This document shows, piece by piece, positions 14,080 to 28,640 of a stretch of DNA of 64,000 nt. Made by a program: the position numbers and the translations under genes. This stretch comes from Tubulanus polymorphus (Eukaryota; Animalia; Nemertea). Location of the stretch: NCBI RefSeq assembly GCF_964204645.1, contig NC_134025.1, positions 30,050,299 through 30,114,298 of the forward strand, given 5' to 3'. The notes beneath the pieces are model-generated. The model worked only from the letters and a program-made list of their open reading frames with translations, ran no database searches and was not told the DNA's origin. Every line of letters begins with the position of its first letter. Position 1 is the stretch's first letter.

Positions 14080-17000
14080 TAAAACAAGTCGTTAGTAGAT
14101 TTTAGGTCTATTTATTCTAAATATCGTCAAATTAATCTATTTACAACTGTGTATCGGTCGAACAGACCTCATTCTCCTAGGAACAATAAATACATATGAA
14201 ACGAATAACTACCCGTTTAGATATGAATTTATTCCCGAATGATTACAACTATGGCGATGCCAATTTCGTGTTCGAGAAAATGTTGTTTTCAATTCGCCAA
14301 GGCGAGAGAACGTGCAGTACACGGAACGATCTACGCGTCTAGTATAAACTACGCGTAGATCGACGAGGAATTTATGAATAATTTAATTATTTCTGTGTAC
14401 GCAGGTAATAAAATTATTCACACAGAGATCAAAACGCCACAGGATAAATAAAGTTGTTTGAGTATAAATGACGAGCCTGGATAAAAAAACTAGGTGTAGT
14501 TTTACAGCCAATTCGCTCTATGTGTGTATATATGCCTAATCAAATAGATTTTGATTATGTTTTGCAAAGGGAAGTTGGACAAGACAGAACACTAAAGCCG
14601 GATGGAAATAGAGATTCACCTAAGGACAATTCATTTGTTTCGGCCTTAACAAGTAAAAACATCAATGGTTTTGTTTTCTAATGTCGTGACTCGGCTAAAC
14701 TAAAACACTCGCACACAAAAACGATTTTTCTGAGGGAAACGCATTTTCGTCGGATTTCGGTCGGGCTGAATTTGTGGCGATGCGGTAAAATTAGTTGTGT
14801 TTATAGTTCACACGGGACACCCTTCTCTGGAATAGAAACGTTAGCCGCGGATCCGCAGACACTCGTTTCATTGTTATTGATATCAATATCTACTTCAATC
14901 TCCCCTGATACGTATTTATAATATACGTGTTTGAAAGGAGATAAGAAAAAATGCTCGCAAAGAATATTCTTTTTAGGTTCGTTTACTTTGTCATACCGGG
15001 CTATTGAACATCGTCTTACGTCTATCGATGATACTATGATGGCGACCTTTTACAGTAGCCATTAGAAAACTCTTTGATGCGTGTATGTTAAAACCCATTA
15101 AGTTATCACGTGGTTTAAGCCTATCCATCGAAAATAGAAGCATAATGTCTGAGAAAACTCGATCAAAAACTCCGGCGAAGTCGATCCTAAATCCCACTAG
15201 CCAATGCATATCGGTAATGTTCACCGCAGATCAGTAAAACACGGTTTTATACGATGACTAAAAATGCGTTTTCAAGTTCGCGGAGTACAGACAGAACACA
15301 CTGGAATATTCACAAGACAAACCTTTGATGAAAAACTCTGAATTCGTCCAAAAATGTCCCGAAAGTTTCCTCGAGCTAACGGCTCATTCGACATTTCGAA
15401 TAAATCTTTATCGGTCAAAGAAAAGGACACCGAGTGAGTTTGATAGCTGTTCGCACCACATTGATGATGTGACTTAGCGCCATGAACAAACTGAAAACAG
15501 AAAACATTAGATAAACGGTACTAATAATGATCTATAGCTAATATTAGTCAAACTAAGTCAACTATAACCGCCATTGCAAAAATACATTAGAAAAAAGTCG
15601 ATAATTCACGATAAATGCAACAAAACAATTGGAAAACTGCAGCGAGTGGAGAAAAATACCAACATCAGTTTTACCTCTTCGCGTCAAATCGATCATACTC
15701 GATTGATTTGGCAATTATATGGTAAATTCTTGATGTTGATTAATCAATTGGTATTGAAGTGACCATTCTGGTGGCGCGATTGGGAATCAATCGATCTATC
15801 AACTGTATTCCATACCAACACCACATAAAACCGGTGGCGTATATACAGCCTACACTGATCCGTTTTATGATTCTAAACCGGACACTTTCTGACAACAGAT
15901 CCATAATATAATGAAGCTGATATGTTAATATCTCCTGTTTATCGAAATATGACATTCTTTAGCGCGTAAAGTGATGCTTGTCGTAAGTGTGTTGACAAGA
16001 GTTTTAGTCGGGGTAGTTCCGAAAATGTGTCTGTTTTGAAAATTTAAAAAAAAGGAATTAAAACGGCTCTGGCAGTTGACGATATACGTTGTGAATTTGC
16101 GCCGATATGTAAATATGATGACAATCATAGAGATATATCTGATAGAATGAATAAAACAGTACTGCATTTATTGCTTCGTGAAGGAAATCTGACAGATTTA
16201 CCAATATTCACGGATTGAGTTTCATCGCCGTAACGGGATAATACCATGTATAATTGATAGGTTAGTTTGTCCCCCTATTCCGAACGTCTTCTCGCTAACT
16301 GCTAAAAAAAAAATAATCCAAATCGCAATTCGAGCAGCTTTCGTAAAAACAGCAACAGATTCGGTGTAGAATGAATCCGGATCGAGAGGTTGTTTAAACT
16401 AAGCGATCAACTTCAGGATATAGAGATACTCTGTGTCCGATACGTTCACTCATTACACCTTATCAATTCAGGAAACAATGGCGATCAAGTCGATAGCCAT
16501 TACCAGCCGAAACAAACAACATGAAAATGAACAGTTCCGAGTATACAGGATATCTACCACCGTCCACACCTAGTCATGATGCCTGAGCTGGCCCTTCCAA
16601 TCACCACTATAACATATTTTCGTCTCGAAATAGGGTTTCGTTTCTCTTATTTATTTGATCAGATTTGGAGTCCCATGCAAACTCAGTCACACCTGCCTGG
16701 AACGAAACAGCAGGCTTCATTTTGAAATCGGAAATCGAAGTAAAGATAGTCGGATGGTCGTTCAAATGTATACAACTTCATACATAATCGGAATTATTTT
16801 GTCATTCTGGAACTCATTACGGATAATCAAAAATGACCAATTGGTTTTTAATGTAAAGAGCTTATTGTATGCAGAATGGCCAACCACGGATGACAGCTTA
16901 TCAATCATCTTGAACGTGATACATAATCGTTAGTGAAGGACATCAGAAAATGCTTTTAATTTAGAAATATTCTGAATAAGATAAGCTTGAATTCAATTCA

Positions 17001-20000
17001 ACGAATTGGTGCGTTGAATACAACAACAAAACAAACAACTTGTAAATCTCCTAATTTCAATGTAATTCAAATGGATATTATATTACTCAAGTGAATGCGG
17101 TTAATTGAACGTGTTATCGAATGCTCGATGCAAATAAACAAAAAATCTAATCTTATCCAACACGAATCGTGATTAATATCTAATGATTAAAAGCGCACTA
17201 CAGTTTCACTTATCTGAGATTATCTCACGAAATACGACACGATCTGAAATTTTCGAAAAAAGAATATTGAATTCATAGAGGGGCATAGACTTCTAATCCA
17301 TCGTTGGTAACGATTCCTGTAAATATATGATTTCATTTGGTTGTCTGATAGTGAGGTCTGTTTGAAAAAAAGATCATGCAATCAACAACATCTCCATTTT
17401 GAATAAGTAGAGGTTTTTCCTATTTTCTCTTTTGAAAAGCCTAAGGATTCAAAACAGTTACAGCAGACTCAATCAATAAGCGATCGATTATCGATTTTAC
17501 CGGAGCATCCGACATCTAATTGGAAGCCTAATTGACCTTGTTCAATCAATAGATACAAATCGATAAAAACAAATTAGAATTTAATTTTTTTCTTCAAATT
17601 GCAGCATGAAAATTTCGTAGAGGGCGCAATTGTATTTATAACGTAATGATAGCGAGTTGTGATTGGTTAAATCTTGTCCAGGAGGTTGTGCTTCAGTTAT
17701 AACATCGAGAATTGATCTACTATCAAGGGTCATTTCTAAAAGAAATTTGCCGCGATAGGAGACGATTCGCTTTCGAATAGTTTTGTAATCATGAGATCCA
17801 AAGTAGCGTTGATCATTCGGAATCTCTAGACGCCATTGATTCCTTGTCTCAGTGAGTTCACCCGCCACCAGGTGGTGGCGTTGGTCAAGGTCAGGAGTCT
17901 TTTCCATCTTGGTGTTCTCCTGCACCGTGTCGCTGTCGCTGAAAGTCAAATTTCAAAATCAAAGCATTGCTAACTTTGTTACATTTTCCTATTTCTAAGA
18001 ATTTATTTTTACGTTGCTTGCAAATATGAAAACGGGTCGATGAAGCCGCTGTTAATACGTCGACATTTCGGTATCACCAAACATGTCTTTTGTTTTAAAA
18101 CTTTTTCAAAACCAAGCACACAAAATCAATAGCGCGCAGATAAAGTCGGTTTATGCCTATCCGTTGTTATGGCTACGAAAGAGGATAATCATTTCGGGAA
18201 TTTGATGTGGTCTTTTACGACAGAACTCTTTGACTTCTTGCCTTTCATATGTAAAAATAGATTTCGTCAGAAAACAACAAACAAGACTGACTGAGCCCCT
18301 AATAGTCGCATAACAGTGCCACATCTGTAAAGAGCGCCTGATGTATGGTATCGCTAATAGCACAAATTAGCCTATTCATCGTCAGAAAAATTAACTCTAT
18401 CGTTCACTTCCACCGATGCGCGAACTTCGCTAATTAGGTATAAATCATAGTGCAGATATTGGAATGGCCTCGTGGATGACAAGTCCGGGCCAGTGACGTC
18501 TATCCCTCGTTCAAACTCCTCTCATAAACTGTTCGACAAAAATCAAATGCGGATGAGACGATCGATAAATGAAGAGTTTAATTGTCGAATGAAGTATACT
18601 TTTTGTCGGTTGGAGACAATATCTCAATGTTAAATGGAGTTATGTATATACTTCGAGGTTTTGCATTCCATTGTATTTTCTGAGCCCTGCCAATTTTCAA
18701 AGAATCTTCGGAATTTGGAAAGAAAGCTCAACACTGAACGCGTATACTCAACTACATGTATATATCATATTCTTACTGGTAGTGGACAAATATGCGGAGA
18801 AAGTTGGTTAATTATGAAAATTGACCATAAATGTCGGGAACTTTTAGGAAAGAGGTCATTTTGTGTCACCCAGACGCACCATGTGTCAATACGATATTCT
18901 GTTCTTACTTCCAATTAGGAAAAACTGAGTGTAGATTTCTCTGAGAGCAGGCGTTTACATCAATCAGGTTCTTTGAGGACGTCCATAATTTTGCTGTCTA
19001 TGATTTTGTGTGTCATCAGCGACAAATAATGCTAGCTGATTACCTCCCAGTAGCATTAACGGGAACAGACATGTTCGACTCGGGAGAATGAGGCCTTCGC
19101 CACGCGACACCTGTTTGCGTGCGAGATCCTCCGCACAAAACTATAATCTCCACGGATCAACGGATTAGCATAAACTAGAAAATGATAAAATACGAGACCT
19201 ATTCATAGTTAAACGAATAAAAGAGCTTCTCTCGATCGAAAAAACAGTCAGTCCTTCAAAGAACCATATATTTCTTACTTAATGTACTATATTCGTATTT
19301 TCATTCTGTATTCTATAATTCTTTTCTCTGTATTGTGTCTGTTCTATGTAAATAAAATATCAATCAATTAAAACACTAATTTCAACAACTAGGTCAACGT
19401 GTGTGCTTCTTAATCTTAATCTCATTATGTTTCGGTATTAAAACGGTCATTTCGGATATACGTGACTAATCCTGTAGATTCCTGAATGTCGGATAGGGCA
19501 CTTACCGGCACACTTATACTTATCATTTAATCCCTGATATTATTTGGCAAAATTCTTCGTAAACGGAGTTTTCATAAGGTGCATACAATGATAAGTACTA
19601 TTGACTTTTGTCGTCGTGTTCTTGGAAATTGTTTTCTTCATGCGAAAGCTTTTTGCCTTTGCAGCCGGAATTCCGCTGAGAGATAATCATTATTATATAA
19701 GCAACGATGATGATGATATCGGTTAGACGGTCGCAGTGACGTATTATAGGAATGTCCGCGCTCTCTGGCGTCACCCTCACTTAATCACACCCGGATTCCA
19801 GTTGATTTACCAAGAACTGGAGGTGATTAATACTATTTCAATAGATTCGCCATGTTACCCCCCTTACATCGTGCTAACATCGTGTGTATGATGACGAGTG
19901 GTATGTGGCTCGTGATCTCAGTCTATGGAACTCGTCGGACATTTTTTTATCTACGCGGTGATCGCGTTCTATCCTGAAAGAAGTCCGATTCAGTTCATAG

Positions 20001-20662
20001 AATATCGGTCCGCGCCTCATCGATTTATCTCTCTCGTCTTTCCTTACATAGAACTCATTTTTTATTTCGTGGTATGCGCGTTATTCATTTTGAGCTCAAT
20101 ACTCGTAGTGTAGTAGTATACGCGGTTGTAAGCATCCAGTACCTGGCATCCTTTGACGGACAAAGTTCAAGGTTATCGTCATCATTTTTTTTGTAGCGAA
20201 AAGATGACAGATTTTCCAACGTCGAGACACCAGTGACGTTTCGGAAGCTCTGCCAATGATAATGTTGGTATTCTTTTTTTCAATTTTCAATTTCAATGCG
20301 GTCAAAAAATGTTCATAACTTGTTCCGTTCTGATCGAGCATTTTTTCATGGCCTCCGGGGCCGTTCTACGTACTTATGCATCTTGGTATCATCAATATTA
20401 TGCTGTTTCTTTCGCAAAGGTTTCATGCGAAAAATGAAAACAATATCGTATCATTTCGTGTTCCATGTGTACAGTAAACATTGTAATGGCTTAGGGGGCA
20501 TAATTCTAATGAAGGAATTCTAAGAATAACGTAACAGCGCACAATATCGGGATTAAATGAAACGTTGTAATACTAGAAGTAATGAATGGTCAATTACGAT
20601 CGCGTATATACATCGAAGCCAAACAAATATCCATTGACGCAAATAAATACAACGTAGAATCA

Positions 20663-20675
20663 CCGGAAGTGACGT
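20663..20675 (+). promoter_or_regulatory. ETS-CRE composite motif
   Basis: CCGGAAGTGACGT; a variant CCGGAAGTTGACGTC lies at 10448-10462 in a CpG-rich stretch. Confidence 0.4.
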
Positions 20676-20747
20676 CTCAGTTTCAAAGAGCCTTAGGAGA
20701 ATGTGATGTAAAAATAAACTCACTATCACAGAAATAGATTAAAGAGA

Positions 20748-20889
20748 GTGTGCGGGGTGAGAGGGAACGGGCGGTATGCGTGTGCGGGGCGAGAGGGAAC
20801 GGGCGGTAAGCGTGTGCGGGGCGAGAGGGAACGGGCGGTAAGCGTGTGCGGGGCGAGAGGGAACGGGCGGTAAGCGTGTGTGTGGCGAG
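20748..20889. repeat. 32-bp G-rich minisatellite, ~4.4 copies
   Basis: Unit GTGTGCGGGGCGAGAGGGAACGGGCGGTAAGC at 20748, 20780, 20812 and 20844, partial at 20876. Confidence 0.95.
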
Positions 20890-23800
20890 ATAAAACGTTG
20901 TAGCAAAACGTATTCAGCCGTCGTAAGTAATCGAGACAATTTCAAGCGGGTCTTAGCGATGGAGGTAGAATCAAACTCAAACCTCTTTTAAAGCGGTGTC
21001 ATCGTCGTCAAATCCTAATTAGTTGTGGTTTCAGCCATACTCATGAAAAAAGCTATACTAATCATGAAGACCTGCGGTGATTTTATTTGTAAAATGATTA
21101 GCGGACCGACCGAGCATTCATTCATTCCATCACACAGATATCGATAGGGTTTGCATAATATTGGTTCTTTATCAGTTTCAATATTTATCATGCAAACTAC
21201 AAAATCAATCGAATGATCATGTCGACGGTCGTAGTAACAATTTATACACGCTTCCAGTTCGACGCATCGTCACAACACACCTGTCATGATTTTGACTGAA
21301 CGGAATCAATAATACCTCAATCGCCCCGTTTTCCATTCAATTTTCCAATTAAATAAAAGCGCTCATTTTCCGGAAGATCTATGGCAGGTACACGAGTGGG
21401 AAATTGCAGCTGCGGTCGCAACGACATTTCAATTCGAATTCAAAGAATATGTCGTGACATTCCAGCACTACATTCCCAGGGTCGAAACTCTCTAAAAAAA
21501 GAAATGATTTAGATGAAAAGATATCATTCCATCGATATCAATTCTGTCCACCCTGCAAAAAATAGGGAAGGGTAATATTGCATTTCTGTCGTGAATCATT
21601 TCCAAAGCATCTCGGTGTTTTGTTACAAGCAAACATCGGTGGTGACTTTTGTGTAGTAGGCAGAGGGATTTTTGTAGATGACATACAAGAGTCGAAGTGA
21701 TCTAGACTGGGCCTAATGCTTGGATTACTTCTGATTCGAATTTCACTTAGCATTCATCGAACGCTTAGTTTGTCCTTTGCATCGACAGCGATTCTCTAGA
21801 GAGGATGCGAACTCAGTACTATACAGACAACATCAATATCAATAGTCTATGAATCTAATACATTTACTGCTGGGTTTGATGATCTATTGCAAGTTCAACA
21901 AAAGACTTCTTGCTATTTCTATAATGATATCTCTCAAAATAGAAAATAAATGAGAAAGTACCGGTCCCTATTGCAGCTATATATTAGGTGACTTTGACAG
22001 AGTCGAATCTGTGAGGAAATATTTATTCTTTATTTAAAAAGCAATACGTAAGTCGTTTGTCTAACGCAGCGCCGTGCGTGGAGTCGTCCTGTTGATGTCC
22101 ATCATTCAAAACAGGTCCAAAACAGTATCGCAACCTTCGACCAGGGGAAATTAGAAAAAAACCAATTACATATTGAAGGTGGATTTGGAGGTAGAACATT
22201 TTCACTCAGCGAAGAGTTTGGAAGCAGACCGTTCATGGGACAAGATGGGTTCATTTAGTTCGGAAACAAGTCCTTCGGTGCGAAGAGAACTGACCTCAAT
22301 CTGCGAAACATATCGAATCCATAAGGAAAACGTCAATGAATAAAAAGTTCCTTAGATGTATAGTCAACCCCAAATATATCACTCCACCCAACGCCAGGTT
22401 TTAGGGGAATAGAACAGCTGTATTTTGTCTTGGAACTAGTAGATTTAATCCCCGATATACCGCCATACTTTCTATACCAGCAAGATCCTAAGTCGCCGAA
22501 ATATGGGCGCTGTATATCGGGGGTTGGATGTGGTTACAAGTATAGGTCTGAACCGTGATGACGACACAAGACACAACCATCACCATCGTCCAATCAATGT
22601 TGAAGCAAAACAAAAATAAAACGTTCCACTAGAAAATTCTACACAGGATTATTTCCGCTATAGACGCTATCTATGATTTTAAGGAATAACCCACGCAAAT
22701 AAAATGTGACCGATTATTTGACAGAATAACACACAATATCGACAAACTAATCGCTAACTGTATAGCGGATTCAATAAATTGCAGAGTGGGATCAATGAAT
22801 CTTATTTTATCTTCTGATTGCAGTGATAACTGGATTATTTCTGCTAGTGTTCACTGAACGAAAATCAGCTCGAGAGACGTCATAATCGAGATGTGTTTGC
22901 TGTTTACTCGATTGGATGAGAGCAAAAACAAAGTCAGAAACAGAACATTCCATCGTTTACAGCCGTTCTATTCGTTAAAGTTCTAAACGAAGAAAAAAAA
23001 ACAGTCGTTATGAAACGAATCCAAACACACTGCAGAAAATACGATAATCTTTTGAAATCGGAAAAGAGGTTTTTGCAACAGCTCCACGCGGCGCTGGAGC
23101 AAAAAATCAATCGATCGTTGAAACGAAGCCTAGAGGTCCCGATCAATGCTATCGTAATGAAATAACAAAAATCTAGAACTGAATCTTATTTTTGGCAAAT
23201 CATTCGAAGGAAAGTATTTTTCTTCATTGTTTCATTTTCAGATAGTTAACTGCTGATGTATATATTGGGAAAAGCCGCACGGTAAATATTTGAGTCTGGT
23301 GACTTCTATTCTCACAGTAGGAATAAATCTATAAACACTAGACGACGACGAGCATTATAATCTATCTATATACGTGATTATCTTCGTTTACTCTCTCGTA
23401 TACGACATTTCGATATTTATATTTGGATGGACTCACGGGGACAGTTATAGTACACACGGCTAGGTCTGCGAGATTCTCAGGTGAAAACAGTCTTAAGATT
23501 TCCCAGCCTTGATTGATAAGTAATGAGTTTCTTAACGCAAAAGTTTGATGCAAAATATAAAGGGAAAAAACAATTGAAAATCATACAAAATTTGGCAAAT
23601 TTATGAATGAAAAAAATAGTTTAATAAAATCTTCGAACTATGTTCGCCATTTCCTTTCTCTCCTCTAATTTTGGTCGTGGTTTTTGTTCGGTCTGTCACT
23701 GGAGAGTTCAGCGAAGCGAATACGCATCTTATAAAAATGTCATCGCCACATCATCAGACATATATCAATAACACACTAATACGATAGGCTTCTCACATGA

Positions 23801-24675
23801 CAGAACATTCTCAACTCTAAACATCAGCGGCTTTCGACACCCTGGGGCCAATCATTGCACAATCAAGACTAGTCGAAGACCAACATAGTTCTATAGCCAA
23901 TCTGACAACTTGAAAGTCTTGAGATTTAAGACCACTTTTGGCTGGTTGTACTGTTAAACTGGAGCCCGGATCTGTAGATACAGTTCATCAGGCTCATGAT
24001 ACTATTTTATTCTCATTATCCGATAAACTCTGTTTTAATGTAATGGATTAATTCCATTTCATTTAACGTATTTTCTGTCTCGCAGTTTTATCTACGTATT
24101 CTCTTGAATTATGGGCAAAATCTGCATATTAATGATTCAAAATGGCGATATTTTCATTCTATGAAATTCAATATGAATTTCGCACACGCTGTACACATAT
24201 ATTTGCCGTCCATTGAAAGCGAGAGTGACCGTTATTTTGACGGACAATACCTCGCGAGGTTTCTGTTATCAGGTTCGTGACGAAAGAAAGAAAAAGAAAG
24301 ACAATCGTCATTTTCTTATCAGATTCTCGGCGGTGATGAGACGAAATTTTGATTAGTTATGAATAAATGATAAGGTTGTCTCTCTATTTACATTTAAACG
24401 GCAACAGCGCGAACAGGTAAAACATGTTACACAAACTATCAATTATTCATCTATCTATTTTTTTAGATAATAGATATCTTGATTACGTCGTCTATTTCAA
24501 TATTTGACATCTATTTCAATGCGTGTTCTCGATCTAACAACATTAGCCTTTTCTTTCGTGTGGCAGTAATATCCATATATGGAAATTATGACATCATAAA
24601 TCTTGAACATGGATTCATGGGTTTAATAAGTTATCAACGTTTAAGATAGAAACGGTTCGCTATCGGTTCACCTAT

Positions 24676-24880
24676 ATCCTCGCTTGCCAGGGGTTGATTG
24701 CTCAACGGCTACCAGTCTATATATCTAGCCAATCAGATACGTGGTATCAATGGTATGGAACGAATCTTGCCGGTGAAAAACAACGTATTTGATTGGCCAG
24801 ACACATAGACTGGTGACCGTTTCCGCCGGGTTCTGTGGGTGTGAGCTTCGGAGGCAATCAAACCCTGGCAAGCGAGGGTA
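24676..24880. mobile_element. Foldback MITE with terminal and internal inverted repeats
   Basis: Ends ATCCTCGCTTGCCAGGGGTTGATTG / CAATCAAACCCTGGCAAGCGAGGGT; inner IR ACCAGTCTAT..GCCAATCAGATACG / CGTATTTGATTGGC..ATAGACTGGT; TATA-like flanks. Confidence 0.7.
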
Positions 24881-27800
24881 TATCTATGAGATCAGCTTCG
24901 ATTCTGTGGATTCGAACATAGATTTTTTCAGCGTTACAGGCCTCCTGTCCAAAAAGTGATTTCAATCGCAAAAACCAGTATCAATTGCTCGACGATAGGA
25001 ACTGAATGGGTTTAATCTAGACCGTCCTGCGTATATTGAACGCAAGCTTTATGAAAGAAACCAAACACACAATATAAGATGAATAATGAATACATGCATA
25101 TGTTTATTATATCTAATACTCGTCGCTCTTCGCGGCATTTCAATGATGTAATTACCATGAGAAATGTACCCAGTCATTTCCATATTACACGTGGATCGAT
25201 ACCTACCCGGGCAAAACCGATAAATCCTTAAGAAAAAAAGATGCAAATATCCCAACAGTTCAATCAGTATTCTGCAGTAAATTCAATTTTCAAACACAGA
25301 AAGAAATTCTTCGATTTAGACGTGACGATAAAAAAAGTGATTTCAGAACCGAATCGAACTATGAGCGCAGTCTGAAGTATTACTATAGACAATTGATGTT
25401 AGTAAGAGTTCGTTTTTGTTGTGGTCTTCCGCTATTGACTGATCTATGAGTAGGTAAACGCGGTCGCCCAGTCAAACACCGCGAGTTCCGGTACTTGGCT
25501 TAGTTTCCAGAGGACGGTCATTTACGACGTAATGTATCATTCATCACGTTGTCACTGTGTCTGCAACCCGTTACAGTTTCCGTGTAATATTGTTCTCTAG
25601 AGAATTACCATTGATGTCGGAAGGAAGGCGTCTATAACGTGCCATAGCTCACGGCGAGATGTAACGCCTTAGACTCTCACATCTGCAGCTATAAATATTA
25701 GCGTCCATTAATAGTTACCTTACAGTCGGCAAAGTGCGCGTAAGTTTGGGTCAAGTGTCGCACGACGGAAAAATCAAGTGACAGAAATTATCGCGACTGA
25801 GGGATTCGTCCTTGACACTTGGCTTTACAACTTATCCCAACTTACTTAACACGCTAAAGTAGATCGTACTTTAAGCCGGAGGCGCATACACAGCAGTCAA
25901 AAAAAGTTTTGCGAGTTATACACGCTGGCGCAAGTATTAATAAAGAATAGGGTTTAGTGGCATTTCATGTTCAGACATGTCTGAAAAGACATTTGACGTT
26001 TGATGCGTCACATCCTCAAAATACATCAAGGATATTCAATGTATTCGAGATAATTCGGAAAGTGTTGAATGTTCCGGACATTTCAATATGAACTACTCGT
26101 AATAGAATCTGTTTTACATCCTACATAGATTATTCTCCTCGTAAAGCGGCGCAGCTCAAGAGAGAAATCTATATGACTCCGTCTATATTGGATGCGTTTA
26201 ATTTCTATTGATAAGCAACAATATTATTAATCACATCAAAACCATATCAATTACACAACGAGACTTATCGACATTATCAGAGTGCGAGAGGTAAGAAAGA
26301 GGAAGCGGGAGGAGAGAGGGGTTAGAAGTTCGAATCCTCGCTATCAGGAATCCACAGGGATTAGAATCTAACGTAGACACGTCCGTTTCGTGTTATACAG
26401 GAACAGCTAGGCGTGGATTAAGAGTTCAGCGTTTAACTATACTTCAAATCATAAATACACATTACTGAAATAGAATAATGGGAAATTAAAATTCACAGCT
26501 GATACAGTAATTTTATAAAAGCATCGTCTAATTACTAATGGTCACATCTTGCAAATAAATGAGTTTAAAACTATCGTCGCTCGCATTAGCTCGTATAAGT
26601 CAGGTTTCGATTGTTAACCGAATGTTCGTTTCGATCAGAATACACTATAATACATTGTAAACCTGATAGAAGCGGCCGGTAGAGATTGCTATTCTGAAAC
26701 CGTAACCTGCCTAGGATGAGGTTTCGCCGTATTTTGAAGATTCGTGCGGGTTTTGAATAGCGGGGGCGATGCGTCACATGCTGATAGTTTGACGCTGTTA
26801 CTATCGTGAATTACCGATCGTGAATTCAGCGGTATTGTATTGCAACGCAATTAACCGATCATACGACCAGTCGGGCACTGATTTAATAATTAATTCACCT
26901 ATGTTGTATTTCTCTTCGGCTGTTAGACGAGATCGTGAAATAAAAACGGCAAACATTACTGAGCCAGAGTCTCGGCCGAGCGATAGCTATTACAAAGCGT
27001 TCAGAAAACGCATTAAATAATGCAATTATCGTTGCGATGGTTTGGTGTACTATTTATCGCCTAAAGGTAGATCGTAGTTCTGCTTTTAATTGCTTCTATA
27101 CGCGCACGTTCGTGGGCTTCAGCGATTGAAATCGAGGTGAAGATTAACCCCTTTCCGACCGCGGACAGAAGAAAAAAACTAGAACTCAAAAATTCATAAA
27201 CGATTGCGCCGCCGCCGACAAACAAACAGGAATATCTGGGGCAAGCGTCTGAAGATATTTCGTAGAGTCGAAGAAAGAGAAACTCACGTCATAACTTAAC
27301 GATTTTGTAGGCATTGCCGGGAATTATAATTCGTTGTGTTTGTTCGGTCCCGTTTATAAATGGAGATCACGTTGCAATGATAACAATTCATTTCCTCGCG
27401 TTACCTAAATCCATCTCCACGGCTCGACAAAAATCCAAATTCTACTCAACGCAGTCCTTCAGTACTTCACTCATAACTATTCTGTCTGCTGTATGAAATT
27501 CAAGTCAAGACTCGAAAACTGTAATTTCGAATCAAAATAAGAGTCAGAGAATATCGTTGTGTAAAAGGAACATTATTAAAGAGCTCACGATTTTACTACC
27601 ACCGGGGACAAACGCCTCATTTTTTCTACTTTGTAAATACATATCGATTTCTCTAAAATGCCTCATTTTTCCTCCACTTGAAATTAATACGTATCGAGTT
27701 TTTTTTAGAGAAATACGATGAAATATCATCAGATCAGATAAAAAAGTGTTGCACAGTTCTGACTTCAGACTGAAACGGTAAATTTTCAACTGGAGTCAAA

Positions 27801-28319
27801 ACTCACAACTGTAGAACTGGCTCCAGGAGTCCGAATGATTTGCAAATGAACAAATCCACGTTCAATAACTTTTTATAGAAAAAGAATCAGGTTTTCGAAC
27901 TTCTAGATATGCTACCTTACACTATTTACATTTAAGGCTGATCGCGAGGGAAGTCCTTCTCTTTTGTAGAATATGTGTGTGTTTTAAACCCTCAGCGGAT
28001 TCGATGAGGATTATAATAATGACTACAGTCATCAAATATCATCAGCATAGAACTATCCTGCGCCCCCGTTATGGGGAGGGACCTTTATCAGTGAATGTAA
28101 GATGAGTAAAAACACGATTCATTATTGATAAAGTGTAGAACACAATGTTTGAAATAGTTGCTCAACATTCTATTCCGCTACACGAATCGCTATTCATTAT
28201 CTGCCTATACTTTCTCTAATCAGCAATGCGCGTAATAGAAGCGTCTTAATCAACAAAATACCTGATTAATGCTGGATAGAAAACAGATTAAACCTTCACA
28301 ACTACTGAACGCCATCTAT

Positions 28320-28640
28320 ATCTATCTCTTCCTCCACCCATGATCTATTTTTCTATCGTCTCTCCCTCTCTCTCTCTGCATCTCTCCCTCCACACATTCT
28401 TCTTCAGTCGTCTCCCTCTCTCTTTCTCTTCACCCTTGTCCCGTCCTGCCGTTTTCACCTCCTCTACACCATACCCCTCTCTCCCCTCTCATTTCTTCCC
28501 ATCCCACATCCCTGTCCCACTATCCATTTCCCCATCGCCTACGTCTCGCTTTCCCAATTACATCTATTTTCCTCTCCCTCGCTCCTCTTTGCCTTATCTT
28601 CCTTCTCTCCGCCACCCTCTCCCCATCTCGCGCGCCCTAT
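28320..28640. repeat. Polypyrimidine low-complexity tract
   Basis: CT-rich tract on the + strand. Confidence 0.85.

Noticed and set aside
20748-20889. Possible CRISPR array (32-bp unit)
   Set aside because: Units are contiguous with no unique spacers, and the context is eukaryotic; it is a minisatellite.
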